From positions 524,854 through 588,853 of the forward strand of contig JBAZKU010000001.1 in NCBI GenBank assembly GCA_041650615.1: 64,000 bases of DNA, written 5' to 3'. The notes under the pieces were generated by a model. It searched no databases. It was not told the DNA's origin and worked only from the letters and a program-made list of their open reading frames with translations. Source of the stretch: Minisyncoccota bacterium. GTDB taxonomy: Bacteria; Patescibacteriota; Minisyncoccia; Phycocordibacterales; UBA9973. The position numbers and the translations under genes were made by a program. Below, in pieces: positions 56,237 to 64,000 of this stretch; positions within the stretch are counted from its first letter, which is position 1, and the number at the start of each line of letters is the position of its first letter.

Positions 56237-57361
56237 AAAAAAATAAAAGTTGTTTTTGTAATAAATAATTTTTTGGTTGGTGGAGTTGAGCGACTCTTTT
56301 TTGATATTATTTCTTATTTTGATAAAGACAAATATGACATCAAAATAGTGACTGTATTTGGTTCCGGACCGCTGGAAAGTTCTTTTCGAACCCTGGGGAT
56401 ACCTATCTATTTTGCCGGTCCAATATGGTTTTTCTCTAAAAAATTACCCTTCATCTTTTACTGGCCGTTTATTGCTCCTCTCACTCTGATAAGGATAGTC
56501 TTTTTCTTTCTTAAGAGCAAGCCGGATATAGTGGTTTCCTCATTATTTCAAGCAGATATTTTTTGTATGGTTGCTTCTAAAATTATAGGAGTTAAAAAAA
56601 GAATTTTGGTTCAACTTGACGTCGCACATTTTGGAAAATTATTATTTTTTATAAAAAAGACATTTGCTTTGCCATTTTCTACTCACATTGTTTCCGGCTC
56701 GGAAACAATAAAAATTTTTCTAATTGAATATTTTAAAGTTAAAAGTGAAAAGATTACAAGAATTTATAATGGAATTAATTATGAACACTTTGAGAAAGGG
56801 AGGAAAACAGCACTGAATAATATTCCAGTTATTGGGATTATTGGCAGATTGGATAAAATAAAAGGACATATCTATGCGTTAGAAGCGCTAAAAATCCTTA
56901 AAGAGAAATACAATTTATCCCCTGTGGTTCTTTTGGCTGGAGATGGTGATTTGCGTGAAAGTTTGGGAAAATATACTGTGGAAAATGACCTCAATTCCGT
57001 TAAATTTTTAGGTAATGTTGATAATGTTCCGAATTTCCTATCTAAAGTTGATATTTTAATCATTCCTTCTTTGAGCGAAGGATTTGGGCTTGCAGTTCTT
57101 GAAGGTATGGTCTCGGGGAAAGTGATTGTTGCTTCTGATATAAGAGTTATGCATGAATTAATAAAAGATGGAGAAACTGGGCTTCTATTTAAATCAGAAA
57201 ATGCTGAATCATTGGCAAATATTCTTTTGAATGTTTTAAAAAATAAAGAAAAATGTGAAAAATTACAAAAAAGTGCTCTCTTATTTGCCGAGCAAAATAA
57301 AAAATTATTTGATACTCGTGAAGTATCTAATAATTATCAGAAATTAATAATTTCCAAGTAG
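56231..57361 (+). CDS. GT4 family glycosyltransferase
   Basis: GGVER, IYNGI, IGRL..IKGH, PSLSEGFGLAVLEGM.SG. Confidence 0.88.
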   Translation: MHKKIKVVFVINNFLVGGVERLFFDIISYFDKDKYDIKIVTVFGSGPLESSFRTLGIPIYFAGPIWFFSKKLPFIFYWPFIAPLTLIRIVFFFLKSKPDIVVSSLFQADIFCMVASKIIGVKKRILVQLDVAHFGKLLFFIKKTFALPFSTHIVSGSETIKIFLIEYFKVKSEKITRIYNGINYEHFEKGRKTALNNIPVIGIIGRLDKIKGHIYALEALKILKEKYNLSPVVLLAGDGDLRESLGKYTVENDLNSVKFLGNVDNVPNFLSKVDILIIPSLSEGFGLAVLEGMVSGKVIVASDIRVMHELIKDGETGLLFKSENAESLANILLNVLKNKEKCEKLQKSALLFAEQNKKLFDTREVSNNYQKLIISK

Positions 57362-57425
57362 TTTTTTAAAGGCTTTTATTATATTTAGATTTATTAATAA
57401 CTAAATAAGGAACTTTTTTCATCAA

Positions 57426-58448
57426 TTAATAAAATTTTATTCTTAAAATTTTTTTTATTTTTTTTAATTTTTCAATGATTATATTATCAGGGAATAAACA
57501 GAGTATTTTTTTAACAAGTGGAAAAATAAAATATTGTAATAAAATTTCTTTATATTTTTTATTTAAAAAATTATTAAAATTAATTGGATAAACAGCTGAT
57601 TTTTTATTTGCTTCTTTTATTTTTTTGAACCACTTTTTAGCAAGTAATAATTCTTTTATAGACAAATTGTTTTTTAGTGAAATTTTCTGATGTAAAATAT
57701 ATTCTTCATTAGAAAAGATAACCCCTAGAGTTTCTAAAAGTTTTTTTCTTATTGAAATTTGAAATTCTTGATCTTCGTCACTTTTTTTCTTTAGGATGTT
57801 TAGGTTTGTTCTGTATACCAAAAGTACATCTGCAATGACGGCAATTTTACCAATTCTAGAAATTCTAGACCATAATTCATAATCTTGGCAACGTATAAAT
57901 TTACTATTATATGATAGATTATTATCTAATAAAAATTTCCTTCTCATTATTGAAGCGCCATTAGCAATCGGATTATAGAAAATTAAACTAAAGGAACATT
58001 CATCGGGGGTTAAAGTGCATCGCCATATTTGACCATTACTAATAATTTTTATAGCTCCACTACTTAATACAATATCAGTATTTTTGTCCATGAATTTAAC
58101 TTGTTTTTCAAATCTATCTAACAAACTAATATCATCCCCATCCATTCTCGCAATGTATTCACCCGTTGCCAATTTTAACCCAATATTAGATGAGTTTGCT
58201 CTGTTTATATTTTGGGGATTCACAATCAATCTTATCCGTGGGTCAGTATAACTTTTAATAATATTCCTTGAATTATCAGTAGAACCATCATCAATTATTA
58301 TAAATTCAAAATCCCTAAACGTTTGATTTAAAATGCTATCAATCGCTAGTTTTAAATACTTTTCTTCGTTATAAACAGACATTAAAACAGAAATTTTAGG
58401 ATTATTTTTTATATTAATATTTTTTTGATGATTTTTTAGTTGGAACAT
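57426..58448 (-). CDS. GT2 family glycosyltransferase
   Basis: ISVLMSVYN, SILNQTF.DFEFIIIDDGSTD, YIARMDGDD, QDYELW. Confidence 0.9.
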   Translation of the reverse strand: MFQLKNHQKNINIKNNPKISVLMSVYNEEKYLKLAIDSILNQTFRDFEFIIIDDGSTDNSRNIIKSYTDPRIRLIVNPQNINRANSSNIGLKLATGEYIARMDGDDISLLDRFEKQVKFMDKNTDIVLSSGAIKIISNGQIWRCTLTPDECSFSLIFYNPIANGASIMRRKFLLDNNLSYNSKFIRCQDYELWSRISRIGKIAVIADVLLVYRTNLNILKKKSDEDQEFQISIRKKLLETLGVIFSNEEYILHQKISLKNNLSIKELLLAKKWFKKIKEANKKSAVYPINFNNFLNKKYKEILLQYFIFPLVKKILCLFPDNIIIEKLKKIKKILRIKFY

Positions 58449-58534
58449 ATTTTTATTAAGTTTTTACTAATTTTATTTTGTCTGCTGGCTATTCTAAATA
58501 GTAATCTATTTTACAGGAGATACTAATAAAAGTT

Positions 58535-59647
58535 TTATAAATTATCATCATTAATTACATCTCGTAATTTGGAAATATATTTATCCATAGAAAAACATTT
58601 TTTTATCCTCTCTCGACCAGCTAAGCCCATTTTTTTTGCCAAACTTTTATTCTCAATTAATTTAATCATAGCATTAGCCATCATTGTGGTATCGTATTCA
58701 TCTACAAGCATACCCGTCTCATTATTTATTATTACATCTGGTATACCTCCATGATAAGTTGCTATAACTGGTAGTGCTGCCGCCGAAGCTTCTAATATTG
58801 CTACGGGTGTACCCTCACTATCGCCCGATTCTGCTATTATTGAGTGTTGCACAAAAGCTAACGAATTTTGCATATATTTTAATACTTCTTTTGGTTTTAA
58901 TATACCAGGGAAGATGATATTATTTTCTTTTTTTTGAGTCTTCACTATATTTTTACATGTATTTAACAATTCTCCATTTCCGCCAATTATTAATTTTGCC
59001 TCTGGGTATTTTTCTAATACCTGTATAAATGCCATAATAGTAAGATAAGGGGCTTTTTTATTTACAAAACGTCCAACACTAAAAAAAATATTATTATTAA
59101 AATCTGGACGATTGTTTAAAAAGGCATTACTTGGGCCATAACAATTTAATATTAATTTATTATTTGGGCAACCCAAACTTAATATTTTTTCTTGCATTTT
59201 TTTTGATACAACAAATATCGCTTTTGCTTTGTAAAAAAGCTCTTTGTATTTTTTAGAATAGTGTTCTAATACTAATTTTTCACTAGCATCAAATCCATGA
59301 AAATGAACAAACAAAGGAATATTCGCTTTTTCACACACAGGAAGCATCGCACACCCTCCTGGTCCATATTGTGCAAGCACTGCTTCAATTTTATTATTTT
59401 TTAATATTTTTACTAATGCTTTTTCTTGTGAAAATATGTTAAATTTCAAAATAGGTCTAAAAAAATTATTAATATGTCTTTTGTATTTATTTACAATTTC
59501 TTTACTATTAATCATATTAGGAAGCCAATCTGAATGAAGTACAATAGACGCTGGTAGAAGATCGACTTGTGCTTTTATAAATGTCTCAGAATAAGCATTA
59601 GGACTTAGCCAAGTAATGGCAATTTTTTTATTTTTTTGTGTTTTCAT
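58535..59647 (-). CDS. GT4 family glycosyltransferase
   Basis: SETFI, HFHGFD, VGRFVNKK, GDSEGTPVAILEA, HGGIP. Confidence 0.88.
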   Translation of the reverse strand: MKTQKNKKIAITWLSPNAYSETFIKAQVDLLPASIVLHSDWLPNMINSKEIVNKYKRHINNFFRPILKFNIFSQEKALVKILKNNKIEAVLAQYGPGGCAMLPVCEKANIPLFVHFHGFDASEKLVLEHYSKKYKELFYKAKAIFVVSKKMQEKILSLGCPNNKLILNCYGPSNAFLNNRPDFNNNIFFSVGRFVNKKAPYLTIMAFIQVLEKYPEAKLIIGGNGELLNTCKNIVKTQKKENNIIFPGILKPKEVLKYMQNSLAFVQHSIIAESGDSEGTPVAILEASAAALPVIATYHGGIPDVIINNETGMLVDEYDTTMMANAMIKLIENKSLAKKMGLAGRERIKKCFSMDKYISKLRDVINDDNL

Positions 59648-59668
59648 ATTTTTATTATTAATATTTAT

Positions 59669-60919
59669 CTATTCTACTTGAAATAAGATATTTCCCCAGT
59701 CTTTGTTCCATTTTGATGTTTGTTCATTTTCATTAGAAATTTCAAAGTAAAGGCATTCATAAATAATATCGAATTCTTTGTTTCCTGTTACATAGTCACC
59801 TTTACCAATAGAAAGATTAAAATAATATTGACCAGGGGCCAAATTGTGATTTTTTAATATAAAACTAATAACACCTTCTTTGTTTGCTGTAAACTTTTTA
59901 TTATCAAAAAAAATTCCTACCCGTTTATTTTCAATAGTAGATATAGACCCAGAAACTCGACAATCTTTTGTTGAATAATTTGATTTATATTTTATCCATA
60001 TTTCCAGTGATTGATTTGTGTTGTAGGTATTATTTTTTTTAATATTTTTAAAACCGACGGATATTATTTCTATGTTATCATTTGGAAATTTTCGATGTTT
60101 TTGTACTATTTTTATTTCTGGTTCATTTGTATTTTTCCCCTTATTAATTACATATTGATTAATAACATTCTCTATATCTCCTGTATAGGTAATCGTTCCT
60201 TCTTTTAATAGAATTCCCCTTTTGCATAGTTGTTTAATTACATCCATATTATGACTTACGAAAAGAATAGTTCTACCTTCGTTTTTTGTTATATCATTCA
60301 TCTTCCCCAGACATTTCTTTTGAAATTCGGAATCGCCAACGGCAAGCACTTCATCAATTATTAGAATATCCGTATCCATATGGGCTGCCACGGAAAAGGC
60401 GAGACGGACATACATCCCGCTTGAATAAAACTTAACCGGTGTATCCAGGAATTTTTCTATATCGGCAAATTTTACTATTTCTTCAAACTTTCTGACAATA
60501 TCTTTTCTTTTCATCCCTAAAATAGCTCCATTTAAGAAAATATTTTCCCGGCCGGTAAGTTCCGGATGGAATCCGGTTCCTACTTCCAGCAAACTGCCCA
60601 CGGTTCCGTTTATTTTAATTTCTCCGGTAGTTGGCGGAGTAATTTGTGAAAGTATTTTTAACAGGGTAGATTTTCCGGCGCCATTGCGCCCAATAATTCC
60701 AATAACTTCTCCTTTCTCCACTGTGAAGTTTATATCTTTTAATGCCCAAAAAACTTCTTTTGTTTCCATTCCGATAATCTGTTTTGTTTTTGTTTTCAAA
60801 AAAGCGAATGGACTTTTAAAAATATTGGTTATGACATCCCGAAGAGTCACATATCCGCCCATTTCATGATTAATCTTATATTTTTTCCCTATTCCTTCTA
60901 TCTCTATAATTGGTTTCAT
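59669..60919 (-). CDS. wzt: Polysaccharide ABC exporter ATPase with C-terminal domain (Wzt)
   Basis: FWALKDI, GRNGAGKSTLL, GFHPELTGREN, YSSGM.VRLAF, IDEVLAVGD. Confidence 0.93.
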   Translation of the reverse strand: MKPIIEIEGIGKKYKINHEMGGYVTLRDVITNIFKSPFAFLKTKTKQIIGMETKEVFWALKDINFTVEKGEVIGIIGRNGAGKSTLLKILSQITPPTTGEIKINGTVGSLLEVGTGFHPELTGRENIFLNGAILGMKRKDIVRKFEEIVKFADIEKFLDTPVKFYSSGMYVRLAFSVAAHMDTDILIIDEVLAVGDSEFQKKCLGKMNDITKNEGRTILFVSHNMDVIKQLCKRGILLKEGTITYTGDIENVINQYVINKGKNTNEPEIKIVQKHRKFPNDNIEIISVGFKNIKKNNTYNTNQSLEIWIKYKSNYSTKDCRVSGSISTIENKRVGIFFDNKKFTANKEGVISFILKNHNLAPGQYYFNLSIGKGDYVTGNKEFDIIYECLYFEISNENEQTSKWNKDWGNILFQVE

Positions 60920-60934
60920 ATTGGTATGTTTATC

Positions 60935-61762
60935 TTAAATAATATCCGCGAAATAACGTTCGGTTTTCTTAAACGCATAAATTCCTAACAACATTAAAAC
61001 AAAAGTAGCTACAAGAGAAATAGCAATAAGCAACCAATTTAATACCGTAGTTCCCAAAAGAGCGGCTCGAGCGCTTTGAATTACACCCATCATTGGGTTT
61101 AGAGCCAAAATCCAAGAATATTTGCCTACGATTCCAGCTGGATAAATAACAGGAGTAATAAACATTAATATTTGTATAAAAAATGGCAAAATATAACGCA
61201 CATCCCTGTATTTTACGTTGATTGAAGCAAGAAATAATCCGAGTCCAATGGATGCCATGAAAGTAATAATTAGAAGCAGGGGAATTATCAATAAACCTAT
61301 TAGGTGTGGCGCATAGCCATAGTAAATTATCATACCTACAAGAATAACTGAAGCGATAGCGAAATCTACGAACTTTGTCATTACTGAAGATAGAGGCAAT
61401 AGAAGTCGAGGAAAATAAACTTTAGTAATTATTGCTTGATTTACAATTAAAACGTTGCTGGTATCGGAAAGCGCTCCCGAAAAAAATTGCCAAAAAAGTA
61501 ATCCTGTATATACGAAAATAGGATAGGGAACACCATCAGAAGGTATTTTAAGCAATCCTCCAAAAAACACAGTAAAAACAATCATGGTGATAAAGGGTTG
61601 AAATACCGCCCAAAGAACTCCGATGGCAGTTTGTTTATAACGAACTTTCAAATCACGCCAGGTGAAAAAATACAAGAGTTCCCTATATTCCCAAATTTCT
61701 TTTAGGTCAGAAAAACTGAAGAATTTTTTTGGTTTTATGATAATGTTATGCGTGTTGCTCAT
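60935..61762 (-). CDS. wzm: Polysaccharide ABC exporter permease (Wzm)
   Basis: RDLKVRYKQT..G..WA..QP, KVYFPR, YRDV, TPVIYP, LNPM. Confidence 0.93.
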   Translation of the reverse strand: MSNTHNIIIKPKKFFSFSDLKEIWEYRELLYFFTWRDLKVRYKQTAIGVLWAVFQPFITMIVFTVFFGGLLKIPSDGVPYPIFVYTGLLFWQFFSGALSDTSNVLIVNQAIITKVYFPRLLLPLSSVMTKFVDFAIASVILVGMIIYYGYAPHLIGLLIIPLLLIITFMASIGLGLFLASINVKYRDVRYILPFFIQILMFITPVIYPAGIVGKYSWILALNPMMGVIQSARAALLGTTVLNWLLIAISLVATFVLMLLGIYAFKKTERYFADII

Positions 61763-61767
61763 AATAT

Positions 61768-63087
61768 TTAATATGTAAAAATAATTTGGATTGTTCTTAT
61801 TATAATACCAAAATCAAGAAGGATATTTCTATTTTTAATATAAAATAAATCATACTCAAATTTTTCTTTTGAATCCATCACGCTTCTGGCATACCTGAAC
61901 ATTATTTGCGCCCAACCGGTTAATCCAGGCCTTATCATTTGCCTGAACAAATAATGAGGTATCTCTTTTTCCAAAATTTGAACGAATTCTGGTCTTTCTG
62001 GCCGCGGACCTACAAAAGAGATATCGCCCTTTAGAATATTAAAAAGTTGAGGCAATTCGTCTATATGAGTATTGCGTAGAAATTGCCCGGTGGCGGTAGT
62101 TCTAGGGTCATTTTTACTGCACCATTGGGCTCCATTTTTTTCGGCATCTATAAACATCGTTCTAAACTTGTATAGAATAAATTTTTTATTATTTTTGCCA
62201 ATACGGGTTTGTTTGTAAACTGCCGGACCTTTAGAACTGATTTTTATCAAAAAGACAACTACTAAAAGTAATGGCGAAAGCGCAATAATCCCAATAATTG
62301 CCAATAATTTGTCTATAATATTTTTTATATTGTCGTTGATATAATTTTTAGATTTTATTTCGTTTATAAACCACTCTTCTTTTATTTCATCCAATGGTAT
62401 TCGCAATAATAATTTCTCGTAAAAATCTGTCAGGGATATTATTTCAATATTTTTTGACACTAAATTATATGATTTTTTTAAAATTGTCGGGTCAGCAAAA
62501 GACTTATTATCAACAACTATCGTGGTGTACTCATTATAATTAATAGTATTTCCAACCAATTCCTCTTTACTGCATTTTCTTATTGAATAACCCAACTGAG
62601 GATGTTTTTCAATATGCTCAATTATAGAGTCGTTTAAAATCGAGGAAGATATTAAGAGTACTTTGTGATTATTGTATTTTTGTTTTAGAAACCAAGAGAA
62701 AAAATGCCTCCATAAATAATCAATAATTGTAAATACCGCTATAAAGATAAATAAATTTGTTTTTGGAGTTATGGAAAAAAAAGATCCGAAAATGTAAAAA
62801 ATACCGAGAGATAAGACAACGTTTATTAAAGCGCTAATTAAAAGCTTTTTTTTGTTTTCAATGGTTGAATTTATATTTGTGTACGAATATAAATCGATAA
62901 TATAAAAGGTCATTAGCCAAATTAACAGCAAAATCGTAAAAGGCAACAGGTGCATTTGAAATTTTTCCAATGTCTTTTCTCCGCCGTACCTTATTACCAG
63001 CATTATAAATAACGAAAGATAAAAGCCCAAAATATCTCCGAGCAACACCAAATGTATCTTGTGTTTGTTTATTATTTCCTTAAGCAT
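61768..63087 (-). CDS. Priming polyprenyl-phosphate sugar-1-phosphate transferase (WbaP/WcaJ family)
   Basis: N-terminal TMs; YKFRTM, DELPQLFNIL.GD.SFVGPRPE, RPGLTGWAQ, DLFYIKN. Confidence 0.92.
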   Translation of the reverse strand: MLKEIINKHKIHLVLLGDILGFYLSLFIMLVIRYGGEKTLEKFQMHLLPFTILLLIWLMTFYIIDLYSYTNINSTIENKKKLLISALINVVLSLGIFYIFGSFFSITPKTNLFIFIAVFTIIDYLWRHFFSWFLKQKYNNHKVLLISSSILNDSIIEHIEKHPQLGYSIRKCSKEELVGNTINYNEYTTIVVDNKSFADPTILKKSYNLVSKNIEIISLTDFYEKLLLRIPLDEIKEEWFINEIKSKNYINDNIKNIIDKLLAIIGIIALSPLLLVVVFLIKISSKGPAVYKQTRIGKNNKKFILYKFRTMFIDAEKNGAQWCSKNDPRTTATGQFLRNTHIDELPQLFNILKGDISFVGPRPERPEFVQILEKEIPHYLFRQMIRPGLTGWAQIMFRYARSVMDSKEKFEYDLFYIKNRNILLDFGIIIRTIQIIFTY

Positions 63088-63165
63088 TTACTCCACATAA
63101 TATCTAATTTTTACCAATTAGTAAAGCTTGATTTACTCTGCGAGAGATAGTCCTTCGTAAACCTT

Positions 63166-63198
63166 AACTTCCCCGGACACCTGGTGTCCGGGAAAGTT
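63166..63198. repeat. REP-like palindrome upstream of the RAYT-like gene
   Basis: aacttccccggacacc-t-ggtgtccgggaaagtt (15/16). Confidence 0.75.
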
Positions 63199-63270
63199 TT
63201 CCACATTTCCCCTTTTTATTATTTTATGAGATAATGGTTAAATTATATTTTATAATTTAACTTAGGTATC

Positions 63271-63301
63271 CATTTCCCCCAGACTAGGTTTGGGGGAAAT
63301 G
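63271..63301. repeat. REP-like palindrome upstream of the RAYT-like gene
   Basis: catttcccccagac-tag-gtttgggggaaatg. Confidence 0.75.
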
Positions 63302-63314
63302 TTTTGTTAAACAA

Positions 63315-63995
63315 ATGGCGTATAGAAAAACCCCTCTTGTATTTGGAGAATATTTTCATGTTTACAACAGAGGTAATAGTAAACAAGAAATTTTTCTTGA
63401 TGATAATGACAAAAATCGTTTTGTGAAATTATTATATCTATCTAACTCAAAAAATGGGGTTAGTTTTCGTGACGATATTGTAGATAAAAAGATTGATGCT
63501 TGGGATTTTGAAAGGGGAGAACCCCTTGTATCTATTAGCGCATGGGTTTTAATGCCTAACCACTTTCATATTTATATGACTTCTTCCCCTAAGTCGGACT
63601 TAGGGGAAAACAAAAATAATATTTCTGAATTTATGAGAAAATTATTGACTGCTTATACAAAATATTTTAATACAAAACATAAAAGAGTAGGTAGTTTATA
63701 TGAAGGAAAATTTAAATCCATTCATATTGAAAATGACAATCAGGCAAAGTATCTTTTTTCCTATATACATCTTAACCCCATAAAACTTATTGATTCTAGT
63801 TGGAAAGAAAATGGAATTAGTAATACAAATTTAGCTTTAAAATATTTAAATACGTATAAATGGAGTAGTTATAACGATCATCGTGGAATTTTAAGAAAAG
63901 AAAGTAAAATTTTACAATTAAGTGATTTTCCAAATTATTTTTCTAACATTAAAGACTTTGATTCAGAAATTTTTTCTTGGTTGCAATATAAATAA
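63315..63995 (+). CDS. Y1 HUH transposase, REP-associated tyrosine transposase (RAYT)-like
   Basis: FHVYNRGN.KQEIF, WVLMPNHFH (HUH), YTKYFN.KH.R.GSLYEGKF, YIHLNP, YKWSSY. Confidence 0.88.
   Translation: MAYRKTPLVFGEYFHVYNRGNSKQEIFLDDNDKNRFVKLLYLSNSKNGVSFRDDIVDKKIDAWDFERGEPLVSISAWVLMPNHFHIYMTSSPKSDLGENKNNISEFMRKLLTAYTKYFNTKHKRVGSLYEGKFKSIHIENDNQAKYLFSYIHLNPIKLIDSSWKENGISNTNLALKYLNTYKWSSYNDHRGILRKESKILQLSDFPNYFSNIKDFDSEIFSWLQYK
63584..63608. repeat. Perfect REP-like palindrome in frame inside the RAYT-like gene
   Basis: ttcccctaagtc-g-gacttaggggaa; encodes SPKSDLGE just after the HUH motif. Confidence 0.75.
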
Positions 63996-64000
63996 TTTCC

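Noticed and set aside
1-64000. Alternative genetic code (UGA=Gly), tRNA or rRNA genes
   Set aside because: Genes are full length in code 11 and ileS ends in TGA; no cloverleaf or rRNA-like sequence was recognised.

Overview
AT-rich, gene-dense bacterial window using genetic code 11 (TGA is a stop, e.g. ileS). Gene content and style point to a Patescibacteria/CPR (Parcubacteria-like) chromosome; this taxonomic call is inferred. In order: two paralogous modular secreted proteins; pilB-pilC; an opposing minor-pilin operon with one frameshifted pilin; tpiA-pgk; HIT, recJ, rnhA; comEC split into two genes around a SOD; glyA, tmk, MazG-like, argS, ileS (GIHH motif plus an inserted histidine-phosphatase domain), HAD, recO; glyQS, M16 peptidase, AI-2E, metG, tatD; rpsF-ssb-rpsR-efp; recA and ftsK; a hairpin-rich region at 41.9-43.7 kb ahead of an S-layer-like gene; a surface-glycan locus (two Wzy_C/O-OTase-like proteins, an Fnl/Qnl-type sugar pathway, five GTs, wzm-wzt, priming transferase); and a RAYT-like Y1 HUH transposase with REP-like palindromes. 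The strongest unexplained signal is several families of short palindromic elements sitting in frame inside housekeeping genes (pgk, recJ, rnhA, argS, ileS twice, glyQS, recA, a pilin, the RAYT itself) and in intergenic spacers. Also notable are a protein module split in exact register between the two surface proteins, and a pair of ~112-115 bp structured elements that share a covarying core. No tRNA, rRNA or CRISPR array was recognised. All calls come from reading motifs by eye; no database searches were run.
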